Assembly (NCBI GenBank): GCA_902772585.1
Contig: CACYBB010000018.1
Location: 363 to 64,362 of the forward strand
Direction: 5' to 3'
Source of the DNA: an uncultured Bacteroidales bacterium
Lineage (GTDB): Bacteria; Bacteroidota; Bacteroidia; Bacteroidales; Bacteroidaceae
DNA: 64,000 nt
Part shown: piece after piece, positions 20,041-30,925 of the stretch
Layout of the letters: every line of letters begins with the position of its first letter
Position numbering within the stretch: the stretch's first letter is position 1
Position numbers and translations under genes: made by a program
Notes under the pieces: model-generated
The model's database searches: none
What the model saw: only the letters and a program-made list of their open reading frames with translations
What the model was told of the DNA's origin: nothing

Positions 20041-20313
20041 ATGAACATCAAACCATTAGGAGACCGCGTGCTGGTAGTGCCTGCACCGGCTGAAGAGAAG
20101 ATTGGCGGTATTATCATTCCTGACACCGCAAAAGAGAAACCCCTGCACGGAACTATCAAGGCCGTTGGTCAGGGCACCAAGGACGAAGAGATGGTGCTGA
20201 AGGCTGGCGACGAAGTGTTGTATGGCAAGTACAGTGGCACAGAACTGGAGTTTGAGGGTGAGAAGTATCTCATGATGCGTCAGTCTGACGTTTTAGCAGT
20301 CATTGAGAAATAA
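20041..20313 (+). CDS. groES: Co-chaperonin GroES
   Basis: [10 protein letters not shown] and [13 protein letters not shown] motifs. Confidence 0.99.
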   Translation: MNIKPLGDRVLVVPAPAEEKIGGIIIPDTAKEKPLHGTIKAVGQGTKDEEMVLKAGDEVLYGKYSGTELEFEGEKYLMMRQSDVLAVIEK

Positions 20314-20315
20314 AT

Positions 20316-21999
<1,684 letters not shown>

Positions 22000-22031
22000 G
22001 AGACAGATTTTGTAAACCATACTTATCAAAA

Positions 22032-22067
22032 AAGCGGATATTAGTCTATGGTGACTGGTATCCGCTT
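22032..22067 (+). terminator. groEL terminator
   Basis: AAGCGGATATTAGTC..GACTGGTATCCGCTT hairpin. Confidence 0.7.
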
Positions 22068-22140
22068 GATTTATGTCAAGAAATAGTTAATTTTACACCT
22101 ATTATATTTGCAGAGTAATGGAAAAGTTTCTACCTTTGCA

Positions 22141-22284
22141 GCGTCGAAATAGTTAAAAGCGACGACAAGAAGATAGAATTTATTTTATAAAAGAGATATT
22201 TTTTTGATTTGTTTTAGTAGATTAGTTTTTAAGTAGTTTGTTTTGAAACCGATTGTCGTGATGACAGTCGGTTCCTTTTTTTTT
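22141..22284 (+). ncRNA. Putative ~140-nt U-rich small RNA
   Basis: Own promoter (TTTG 22107, TACCTTTG 22131), no ORF, strong terminator AACCGATTGTC-GTGAT-GACAGTCGGTT followed by a T-run. Confidence 0.65.
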
Positions 22285-22356
22285 ATGATGCCAAGATGAA
22301 AAAAGGTGCAAAAAACTTTGGCATTTTCCTCGCTTCTTCGTATCTTTGCAACAAGT

Positions 22357-24669
22357 ATGAACAAAATACTGGCTCTGCTGTTATTATTGGCGTGCTGTTG
22401 GAATACGATACACAGCTACAATTATCGCCCAAACGGACGTGCTTTCGTCTGTGTGAATGGTGATAATCGACTGACGCGTACCCTCTATGGACCAACTGCC
22501 GATTACGTCCTGCAGACCAGTGACCGTCCTTATTTTGTGGTGTTGCAGAACAAGGAGTATCGTCAGCTCTCCTTCCGTGTCAATGGTGTTGACCTGGAGA
22601 AGGCAGATTACTGCTTGTCGCGCTATCAGGACGGTATGCGTAGCTATGAGGTGAAGCATCCTGCCTGGGGAAAGAAGGCAGTGGTGCGCATCAAGGCAGT
22701 AGTGAGTCAACAGCAAAACCGTATTGTCTGGCGACTGCGTGTGGCCAACTTTGACGGATCCGTTCAGTTGGAACTTCCCTATCAGCAGGCCTCTGTCAAG
22801 ATTGCGGAGGAGACCTATCTCAGTTGTAATGATCTCACCTTCTCGTTTATGACTGTTCGTCAGGGTGAAGAGGTCTTCGAACGCATGGAGAGTGATATGA
22901 AGGAGCTTGCCTCCGAAATCACGATCAATACACCTGATAAGTATATCAATCCGTTGGGTAGCGCCTTGTCGGTGGTACAGGATAAGGTTAAGAACATATC
23001 AGTTGAAGAAAAACTCTGGCACTTTCGCTATGATGCTGATCGTGATGATATGCAGCGTCTGTGGCCGTCGCTGGAGAGTTATATCCAGTCGATAGACGAT
23101 ACGCAATTGTCCACACCGATATTGGCCAAGAGCTACTGGCTTAATTCAATGGCAGCACGTATGGCTGCCCTGATTCAGCGCAATGGTGCTCCTTATTATG
23201 CCAAAGCCGACGAGATCTATGCGCAACTTTCCTCACAACTATGGATGCCGGATAAAGGTTGTTGGGCAGAGTTCAAGGATAAGGAGGGCTTGCAGCGTCT
23301 GCACGATACCCCCGCTTTGTGGTCCATCTATACGCCTATAGACTATGATGCCTGTACCCCTGAACAAGCTTATCAGGCAACAAAGTATATGGATCGGGAG
23401 ATTCCGCATATTCCTGTGACACCCCAGCTCTCTACGCTGGCTACCAGCAACTGGATGCCCTATACATGGGATATGAACAATGTCAATCCCACTGCTGTAC
23501 TACGTGCAGCGCTGGCTTGTTTCAAGGCAGGCCGTAATGAAGAAGGTTTCCGATTGTTGAAGGCTAACGTCCTCGATCAGCAGTTTGACGGTCCGTCGCC
23601 AGGTAACTTCGGACAGACTAGCAAGTATGATGTGGTAAGTGGTGAACAAGGCCGTGATATGGCTGACTGTATCAGCGTTGCGGCACGCACACTCACGGAA
23701 GGACTCTTTGGTATCCGTCCTGATGCCTTTAGTCGTCGTTGTATCATCCATCCGGGATTCCCTGAGATGTGGGACAGTGCTTCTATCAGTACTCCCTATG
23801 TCACTTACCGTTTCCGTCGTCAGGGTAACCTGCTTACCTATGATATTACCCAGCATTTCAGTGAGGCTCAGCAGATAGTGTTGCGCATCAACTTGGGTAA
23901 AGGTGAGTATCGTGATATTGAGGGTACTACTGACGAGCATCAGGTCATCAGTGTTGAGGCGCCGTTGAAGATGCCTGAGGTATATATGTATAGCTCTTAC
24001 GAGGAGATACCACCAACACCAGAAGGTACTGAGGAACCTACCTTCAACTTGAAGTTCCGGAAAGTGGCGCTGAAGGACTGCTATAATGCCTCCGTTACTG
24101 ATATCAGTCCAGAAGTGGTTGATACCTTCTTCCGCAAACAAATTGTCAAAGAGGAGTATCTGATGATGGGCGTTCCGTTCCAGACGCCTGCCCAAGGACC
24201 GAACATCGTCTGTGCATCGCTGTCCGACCGCTATCCTGATAAGGTCAGCATTCCCCTGAAGGATCGTGCCTCAAGGATGTGGCTATTGCTGGCTGGAACT
24301 ACCTCTACCCGTGAGAGTCGTATGGTCAATGGCGTACTGGTGGCACGCTATGAAGATGGTACTGCTGACACTTTGCGGCTTGTGAACCCCGACAACTGGT
24401 GTCCCATCGAACAAGACTATTTCGTCAACGACTATTCCTTCAAGGTCCTCCAGCCGCGCCCCTATAGGGTTAGCTTTGATACGGGTATTGTCAGTCGCAA
24501 TCTTAGCAAGGTGATGGGTATCAAGGGTACTAGCGACTTGATGATTCCTGGTGGCGCTGCCCAGATGTTGTGCATGTCGTTAGACCCTGAGAAGAAGGTT
24601 ATAGCGCTCGACATTATTCCACAATCCAATGATGTTGTTGTTGGACTGATGGGACTTACCTTGCAATAA
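22357..24669 (+). CDS. DUF4450-like secreted glycoside hydrolase-like protein
   Basis: Signal peptide from ATG 22357; GLQRLH, TSNWMPY and EGLFGIRPD motifs. Confidence 0.7.
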   Translation: MNKILALLLLLACCWNTIHSYNYRPNGRAFVCVNGDNRLTRTLYGPTADYVLQTSDRPYFVVLQNKEYRQLSFRVNGVDLEKADYCLSRYQDGMRSYEVKHPAWGKKAVVRIKAVVSQQQNRIVWRLRVANFDGSVQLELPYQQASVKIAEETYLSCNDLTFSFMTVRQGEEVFERMESDMKELASEITINTPDKYINPLGSALSVVQDKVKNISVEEKLWHFRYDADRDDMQRLWPSLESYIQSIDDTQLSTPILAKSYWLNSMAARMAALIQRNGAPYYAKADEIYAQLSSQLWMPDKGCWAEFKDKEGLQRLHDTPALWSIYTPIDYDACTPEQAYQATKYMDREIPHIPVTPQLSTLATSNWMPYTWDMNNVNPTAVLRAALACFKAGRNEEGFRLLKANVLDQQFDGPSPGNFGQTSKYDVVSGEQGRDMADCISVAARTLTEGLFGIRPDAFSRRCIIHPGFPEMWDSASISTPYVTYRFRRQGNLLTYDITQHFSEAQQIVLRINLGKGEYRDIEGTTDEHQVISVEAPLKMPEVYMYSSYEEIPPTPEGTEEPTFNLKFRKVALKDCYNASVTDISPEVVDTFFRKQIVKEEYLMMGVPFQTPAQGPNIVCASLSDRYPDKVSIPLKDRASRMWLLLAGTTSTRESRMVNGVLVARYEDGTADTLRLVNPDNWCPIEQDYFVNDYSFKVLQPRPYRVSFDTGIVSRNLSKVMGIKGTSDLMIPGGAAQMLCMSLDPEKKVIALDIIPQSNDVVVGLMGLTLQ

Positions 24670-24794
24670 TTGTTAACAAAACAAAGTTTAAGAAAATCTT
24701 AATTTATTAATTACTAAGATTTTATAAACTATTTTTCATACACTCTTTAATAAAGAATCCTTATCTTTGCGGCATCAATCCTATTCAACCGTAA

Positions 24795-25268
24795 ATGATT
24801 AGATTCTTCATTTTGATAATATGCCTGTCTGTCTTGGCCGTGATGGCCAAGGCACAGGTTTCTAATGATAAGAAAGAGGTCAGCGTGCCAGACTCCATCA
24901 AGAGTCCGGCATCAGACTATGAGGAATGGTTGCGCAACGAACCCATGAAGCCTGAACAGCGCGACAGTTCTGTGCTGCGCCCTATGCCGCCCCGCATAGA
25001 GCGTGTCTCTCCAGACAAACTGGTTTCTATTCGCTCTAATAAGATAGGAGTGGTTATCATGACGCCCAAGCTGCGCCAGGATATGCGGCTCGCCTATCAC
25101 AGCCATTTTCTTGAACAGCAACGCAAGGAGCAGGCTGGCGGCGCTATGACCGTAGGTGTCAACCCTTTGTCCTTGATAGCTCTTGCCGTAAAGAAAATCT
25201 TCCCCAAGCGCAAGTCGAAGAAGGAACGACAGCGCGAGAAACTCCAACAGATATTGGACAACTATTGA
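24795..25268 (+). CDS. Secreted hypothetical protein
   Basis: 157 aa with signal peptide; promoter TATCTTTG at about 24762. Confidence 0.7.
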   Translation: MIRFFILIICLSVLAVMAKAQVSNDKKEVSVPDSIKSPASDYEEWLRNEPMKPEQRDSSVLRPMPPRIERVSPDKLVSIRSNKIGVVIMTPKLRQDMRLAYHSHFLEQQRKEQAGGAMTVGVNPLSLIALAVKKIFPKRKSKKERQREKLQQILDNY

Positions 25269-25378
25269 ATATTCCAGGAATTCCCCACAAGGGAATCAAT
25301 CAAAGGGACAGGTTCCTCAAGAGCTTGATAAGAGGCTAATTAGTTGTCTGCCAGACGGCGCAGCTCCTTTAACCCAAA

Positions 25379-27382
25379 TCAGTCTAATGACCGATTTGGG
25401 TTTAATGTCTCAAGAACATTTTCGAGTTCTTTGACGTTCCGAGGACTGGCTATGATGGTACCATCAGGATCAATGACTATTGTCTCTGGCCATGAGCAGA
25501 TGCCATATAAATTCCAAGCCGCTTTCGTTGCCAGTTGTGGCCAGGGGAGTTGCTCCTCTTTCAAACGTTCAGTCCATTTGCTGTTAGGGTTATTGATGGC
25601 ATCAGTAGCCAGACTGATGATTTCGACATTTTTTGTCTTGTGATACTTCTCATAGAGTATGCGCAACTGTGGCAGGATGTCGAACTGGTCGCGGTGCCAG
25701 CTCTCCCAGAAGTGTAGCACTACATATCCTTTGCCCACATACTCTTTCAGTTCATGATAGTTACCCAGTGTGTCCACAAGCAGCACGTTCTCATAATGTT
25801 TACCAGGAAGACGTTTCTCCAAACCAGCCACGTATTCTTTGACAGGAGCCATCAGCAGATGGTTGGCGTAACGGAATTTGTTGTTTACAAAGGGCTTCAG
25901 CTCGTCGTAGGTCAGTTCGGAATAGAACTTGTAGAGGGCGTAAGTTCTCAGCAGGTCGTCCTTGCCAGAGAAGATGACTTGTCGATAGCGCTCACATTGT
26001 CTGTTGATGGCAGCATCCAATTCAGCACGGTCCTTTATCTTCAGCATACGCACTCGTTCTGCTTCTGTCTCATTCACGAAGTTGTTACGCTGTTGCGATG
26101 CTTTTGAACTTTTGACGGAACCATGCTTCAGGTCTGCCTTGACGGGTTGGCCATCGACCCAAAAGTAGGTCATAGAACGATTGTCCAGCAAGAGGTAGCA
26201 TACCTCATCTTTAGGCAACTGACAAGTAAAAGAGAAGCGACCGTTTTTAACAGGAAATTTTCCAAACACCTCAGAATGCGACACACTACGACGGACACTG
26301 ATGCTGTCGGCATCGTCAGGGGCAGTGCCACTAATCTGACAGTCAACCAGTTGCAGGTCTGACGATTCATTCACCACCAGTCCATTGTGGGTTACAAGTT
26401 TCTTTAGTTGTGAGGTGGTAACAGAGGATGACACGATCATGGCAGGCCGACTCTTCACTTCGCCGCCCTCATCCTGATAGTGCTCGCTCTTCTTGTAGAG
26501 CGTATAGCAGGTATAGCCAAACATTTCCTTGTGTTTCTGTCCGACGGCAGACTCGGTGAAAGGATGAAGGATGTTAATCAGCGTGTTGTACTGTTCACGA
26601 GTCAGGGTGTTGGGATAGCCGTCACACATCTTGTGAAGAATAACTACGGCAGCCGTCTTTCCTTCTGTTGTCTCACGCTGGTATATCTGACAGGTTTGCC
26701 TGACCTTGGCCAGCAATTCCTCGTATGTCTGAGGAGCTGATGAATCTGGAGCGTACCTGATGGTTGCTGTCAGTTCCTGCTCCTTTCGCTCAGAATAAGG
26801 CCGGATGAAAGGCATGTGCCCGAGCTTCTTGGCATGAATCTCAAAGATGGTACCATTCATCAGCCATGTATTCCCTATCTGCTTGTCCTGCTTTATCTGC
26901 TGTTCCCACAACAATAGAAGGGCATAGCGATAGCCGTTTGTCATGTCGAAGGACAGTAGCCGGATGTTCTGTTTCTTTCCAAATACATACTTTCCGCTTA
27001 CGTAACCATTGGCATTCCCTGATGACCATTGTATGCCAGGTATCAATGGATCTCCTTCTTTTGCATCATGTATGTAGATTTCCTTGGCATGCATCGCTTC
27101 ACTACGCAAGGTCTGTTCCAGTTCTTTCAGGTGCGGAAACAGGATAGTCGAGTTGTCGCCGTCCATGCCAAACACCATACTGAAACTGTAGGCAATAGTC
27201 TTACTGCCCGAAACTTCGTCGCTGTTGACGACCCGTCCTTTGTCAACGTTATACTCGCCGGAGGCAACGAAAGCCTGCAGCTTATCATGGATATTACGAA
27301 CGGCATCGCTCACCTGAGCCTGGGCTGACACAGCCAGTATCAGGAATATCACCATAACAATCGTTCTATTCTTCATCATCAT
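25379..27382 (-). CDS. Secreted protein with C-terminal TlpA/thioredoxin-like domain lacking CxxC
   Basis: VVLHFWESW and YGICSWPETIVIDPDGTII thioredoxin-fold motifs. Confidence 0.75.
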   Translation of the reverse strand: MMMKNRTIVMVIFLILAVSAQAQVSDAVRNIHDKLQAFVASGEYNVDKGRVVNSDEVSGSKTIAYSFSMVFGMDGDNSTILFPHLKELEQTLRSEAMHAKEIYIHDAKEGDPLIPGIQWSSGNANGYVSGKYVFGKKQNIRLLSFDMTNGYRYALLLLWEQQIKQDKQIGNTWLMNGTIFEIHAKKLGHMPFIRPYSERKEQELTATIRYAPDSSAPQTYEELLAKVRQTCQIYQRETTEGKTAAVVILHKMCDGYPNTLTREQYNTLINILHPFTESAVGQKHKEMFGYTCYTLYKKSEHYQDEGGEVKSRPAMIVSSSVTTSQLKKLVTHNGLVVNESSDLQLVDCQISGTAPDDADSISVRRSVSHSEVFGKFPVKNGRFSFTCQLPKDEVCYLLLDNRSMTYFWVDGQPVKADLKHGSVKSSKASQQRNNFVNETEAERVRMLKIKDRAELDAAINRQCERYRQVIFSGKDDLLRTYALYKFYSELTYDELKPFVNNKFRYANHLLMAPVKEYVAGLEKRLPGKHYENVLLVDTLGNYHELKEYVGKGYVVLHFWESWHRDQFDILPQLRILYEKYHKTKNVEIISLATDAINNPNSKWTERLKEEQLPWPQLATKAAWNLYGICSWPETIVIDPDGTIIASPRNVKELENVLETLNPNRSLD

Positions 27383-28037
27383 TATTTATTACAGGGTTCA
27401 TAATTGCGGCCTCGTGGGACTGGACATCTTTATGCAACTCATTCAGGATGTAGTTGTTGACAATGCGCTGCAGTCGCTCATCAGCATGCATCACTTTATG
27501 AATACGTTCTATATAAAGGCTGTCCTCAACTAGGGCCAGTTCACGTTCTATCTTGTTGATATAGTAGTCGAGGCTGTCAGCTGTTGCGGCTGCATCCTCT
27601 AACCTCACAGTCTGATGATGCCGTACAACTAATTTTATGTCTATTCTATTAGCCTTGTATTTTGCCTCTTTGGCTGACAGCTCTCCACTAAAGTCGGCTG
27701 TATCTGCTTTACTGTCCGTGTTCAGTCCGCTCCCGTCGGACTTGGAGTCCGCTCCCGTCGGACTTGGAGTCCGCTCCCGTCGGACTAAATCGTTCTGTGC
27801 TATCGGCTTTTCATTTTCTCTGGTATCCATATTCGTCGTCAGCATGACAAGCAGCATGATGCAGGCAGCGATGGCGACGACAGTGGCTATGTAAATCCGG
27901 ATCCGCTTAGGAGGCTTGGCCTTTGGGCAATCCAAGTCTGGCAGGCTGTCGATGATGCGGTTCGTCAGTTCATCAGGGTCGCTGATGACGGGCCTTTGTT
28001 GCTGTAAACTATTGAGTATGTCGTCAATCTTCTTCAT
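27366..28037 (-). CDS. Putative anti-sigma factor (single TM)
   Basis: Directly downstream of and overlapping the ECF sigma gene; one TM segment (IATVVAIAACIMLLV). Confidence 0.65.
   Translation of the reverse strand: MKKIDDILNSLQQQRPVISDPDELTNRIIDSLPDLDCPKAKPPKRIRIYIATVVAIAACIMLLVMLTTNMDTRENEKPIAQNDLVRRERTPSPTGADSKSDGSGLNTDSKADTADFSGELSAKEAKYKANRIDIKLVVRHHQTVRLEDAAATADSLDYYINKIERELALVEDSLYIERIHKVMHADERLQRIVNNYILNELHKDVQSHEAAIMNPVINNDDEE
27724..27786. repeat. In-frame 22-nt tandem palindromic repeat (about 3 units) inside a CDS
   Basis: AGTCCGCTCCCGTCGGACTTGG twice plus 19 nt, total 63 nt. Confidence 0.9.
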
Positions 28038-28581
28038 ATCCTAAGTCTTTTAGTCGTTTACGTATAGTCTGGCGAGCCACATAGAGATTGCTTTTCACTT
28101 GTCGGGCATCCATTCCTGTTATCTGCTCAGCTTCCTGCGAGGAAAGCCCTTCCAGTTGGCAGAGTGTGAACACAAGCCGTTGCTTCTCGCTCAGCCCTTC
28201 AGCCAACAGCCTGACAATAGATATCCATTCGCTATTCTCCAACGTTCGTTGACTGTCGTTGTCAGAGGCAAAACAATGTAGGACACGCTCGTCATCAGGC
28301 ATCGGACAGACAAACTTGGTGGCTTTCATCCGATCGATACATTGTCTTGTTGCTATCGTGTAGAGCCAGGTAGTGAACGACCTCTTCGGGTCATAGTTTC
28401 TGAAGTTCTGCCACACTCGTATAAAGGTTTCCTGCACCACATCCTTCGCCTCTTCTTCATCGCCCAACATTTTCAGCGACAACGAAAACAGCATCTGCTG
28501 ATACCTTTTTACCACCCATTTGAACGCGGTCTTGTCGCCGCGCTGACATCGTGTGAGTATTTCGTTGTCTATCTGCTCCAT
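28024..28581 (-). CDS. ECF RNA polymerase sigma factor
   Basis: AKDVVQETFIRVW, FTTWLYTIA and region 4 VKSNLYVAR. Confidence 0.95.
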   Translation of the reverse strand: MEQIDNEILTRCQRGDKTAFKWVVKRYQQMLFSLSLKMLGDEEEAKDVVQETFIRVWQNFRNYDPKRSFTTWLYTIATRQCIDRMKATKFVCPMPDDERVLHCFASDNDSQRTLENSEWISIVRLLAEGLSEKQRLVFTLCQLEGLSSQEAEQITGMDARQVKSNLYVARQTIRKRLKDLGYEED

Positions 28582-28776
28582 TTTATTCTTTGTTCACTTC
28601 GTCGAGTTAAACCTTCTAAAATATATACGATGGAGAAATCCTCAAGTCAAATCTATCTACTTTTTTTATGTCAAGGGACAGTGAGTGACATACAACTAAA
28701 TAGAGACCATTCAATTCATTCCCGAAAAAAAGAAGTCCCTTAACTCATACTTACGAGAATTAGCTATTATATGTTT

Positions 28777-28909
28777 AGTGACGAGTGACGGATGACACTT
28801 AAATTTATAAAACTTCACGCGTACCGCGAGAACTTAATAATACACACGTGCGCGTGCGCGGTACGCGTGGGATTTTGCAAAACCATCTGTCATCCGTCAC
28901 TTCGTCACT
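28777..28909. repeat. Long imperfect hairpin/cruciform element
   Basis: AGTGACGAGTGACGGATGACA / TGTCATCCGTCACTTCGTCACT outer arms; CACGCGTACCGCG / CGCGGTACGCGTG inner arms. Confidence 0.75.
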
Positions 28910-29020
28910 CATTGTTCTTACTCTTTCTGTTACTAATGCGCAAAGATACAAAATTTTTAAGCGAAATGCAAGTCTTTCCTACATTATTTCATTCAGAGCG
29001 TTACAGCGACGTCATCTTGC

Positions 29021-29160
29021 ATCCGTTCCAACGTCATCTTCGGGTGCTTCCGACGTCATCTACGACTCGTTCCGATGATACTTTAGGGGTGTAAAGTATC
29101 ATCGGAACGACCGCAAAATGACGTCGGAACGGGTGAAAGGAACGTCAGGAACGACCTGAA
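29021..29160. repeat. 140-bp 22-nt-period palindromic element, copy 2
   Basis: Perfect central hairpin GTTCCGATGATACTTTA-GGGGTG-TAAAGTATCATCGGAAC; matches 3401-3540. Confidence 0.8.
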
Positions 29161-29185
29161 GGTGAGGTGTATGAATCGCATGTAT

Positions 29186-29333
29186 AGGTACTCTCGCTCG
29201 AAAATACTCAAATTATTTGGTATTTTCCTCGCTTATTCGTACCTTTGACTTCGTCGAAAGTACTTTCGTTCGACAATAAAAACAAAAAATGGCCTTTTTG
29301 TTTTGTATTGTTCTCACTTATTCGTACCTTTGC
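29186..29333 (+). promoter_or_regulatory. Tandem duplicated promoter-bearing palindromic element
   Basis: Two units, each ending CTC(G/A)CTTATTCGTACCTTTG (-7 boxes at 29240 and 29325). Confidence 0.7.
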
Positions 29334-29340
29334 CAACAAT

Positions 29341-30900
29341 ATGCAGAAATTAGTTGAACTTTACAAGAAATGGAGTGGGGCTGAACCCCAGAACGTACAG
29401 CAGTTGACAGCTGGTGGCAGTAATCGTGAGTATTATCGCATGACTTCTTCGGAGGGCAAGAGCGTCATAGGTTGTGTGGGTACCAGTCGTGACGAAAACC
29501 ACGCCTTTGTCTATCTGGCTAATCATTTTACGGATTGTAAGCTGCCTGTTCCCACTATTCTCGCTGTCAGCGACGACGAGTTGCGCTACATTCAGACCGA
29601 TCTGGGCTCTATGTCGCTGTTCGATGCCATTCGTGGTGGTCGTGAGGCTGGTGGCCGTTATACGCTGAAGGAGCAGGAACTGTTGCGCCGTACCATCCGC
29701 GAGTTGCCTAAGATTCAGCTGGTGGGTGCCGATGGTCTTGACTTTGCCAACTGCTATCCCCAGCCCGCTTTCGATAGCGACTCTGTGCTCTTCGACCTCA
29801 ACTATTTCAAATATTGCTTCCTGAAGGCTACGGAGATTGACTTCCATGAGTTGAAGCTGGAGGCTGACTTCCGCCTGCTGGCCAAGGACCTGACGAATGC
29901 CGACGATGCGCAGGGATTCCTCTATCGCGACTTCCAGGCCCGCAACGTGATGCTGGTCAACAACCAAGAGGGAACAACGAATAGTCCCAAGCCATACTTC
30001 ATCGATTTCCAGGGTGGTCGTAAGGGTCCTTACTACTACGATCTGGCATCGTTCCTCTGGCAGGCCAGTGCTAAGTATCCTTATAAGGTACGTCGCGAGT
30101 TGGTCTATGAGTATTATAATGCCATGAAACAGTTGACGGAGGTGCCGTCGCCCCACCATTTTGTCGACCGCTTGTCACTCTTCGTACTGTTCCGCCAACT
30201 GCAGGTGCTGGGCGCCTACGGTTTCCGTGGCTATTTCGAGCGTAAGCTGCACTTCATCGAGTCTATTCCGCCTGCTATGCAGAATATCCGTGAATTGCTC
30301 GACGAGCGTAACTTCCCCTATCCGTATCTGACTGATATTCTGCGCAAGTTAACGGAGATGCCTCGCTTCCAGCAGGTGCAGACGACGGTTAGTCGTGCCG
30401 ACGGTTACAAGACGACAGACCTCAACCCCTACAAGCCCCACCCGCAGGATGGTCCGGCAACGTTCTCTAAGTACGATGCCCAGGGTCCGTTGGTGGTACG
30501 TGTCTTCAGTTTCTCTTATACCAAGGGTATTCCTGAAGACGAGGCGGGCAATGGTGGTGGTTATGTTTTCGACTGCCGTTCAACGCATAACCCTGGCCGT
30601 TATGAGCCGTATAAGCAGTTGACAGGTCTTGATGAACCAGTCATCCGTTTCTTGGAGGATGACGGTGAGATACTGACATTCCTCGACAGCGTTTATAAAC
30701 TGGCCGATGCCCATGTGCGCCGTTATATCCAGCGCGGTTTCACCAATCTGATGTTCTGCTTTGGTTGTACGGGTGGTCAGCATCGTTCTGTCTATAGTGC
30801 ACAACACCTTGCTGAGCATATCCACGAGAAGTTCGGCATCGAGGTGCGCATCTGTCATCGGGAACAAAAAATTACCCAGACGCTTCCAAGCGCTGGGTAA
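29341..30900 (+). CDS. AmgK-like sugar phosphotransferase fused to a RapZ C-terminal domain
   Basis: GGSNREYYR, YRDFQARN and IDFQG motifs; C-terminal VFSFSY..FDCR..CTGGQHRS. Confidence 0.88.
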   Translation: MQKLVELYKKWSGAEPQNVQQLTAGGSNREYYRMTSSEGKSVIGCVGTSRDENHAFVYLANHFTDCKLPVPTILAVSDDELRYIQTDLGSMSLFDAIRGGREAGGRYTLKEQELLRRTIRELPKIQLVGADGLDFANCYPQPAFDSDSVLFDLNYFKYCFLKATEIDFHELKLEADFRLLAKDLTNADDAQGFLYRDFQARNVMLVNNQEGTTNSPKPYFIDFQGGRKGPYYYDLASFLWQASAKYPYKVRRELVYEYYNAMKQLTEVPSPHHFVDRLSLFVLFRQLQVLGAYGFRGYFERKLHFIESIPPAMQNIRELLDERNFPYPYLTDILRKLTEMPRFQQVQTTVSRADGYKTTDLNPYKPHPQDGPATFSKYDAQGPLVVRVFSFSYTKGIPEDEAGNGGGYVFDCRSTHNPGRYEPYKQLTGLDEPVIRFLEDDGEILTFLDSVYKLADAHVRRYIQRGFTNLMFCFGCTGGQHRSVYSAQHLAEHIHEKFGIEVRICHREQKITQTLPSAG

Positions 30901-30925
30901 TTGAAATGTATTTCTAGCTCATTTC

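Noticed and set aside
22071-22080. TTATGTCAAG (also near 28666 and 47507) as the XerD arm of a dif site
   Set aside because: No XerC arm at the required spacing at any of the three sites.
25301-25320. AAGGGACAG motif (also near 28673) as transposon-end remnants around the ECF operon
   Set aside because: Too short, in the same orientation, and with no target duplication or transposase.
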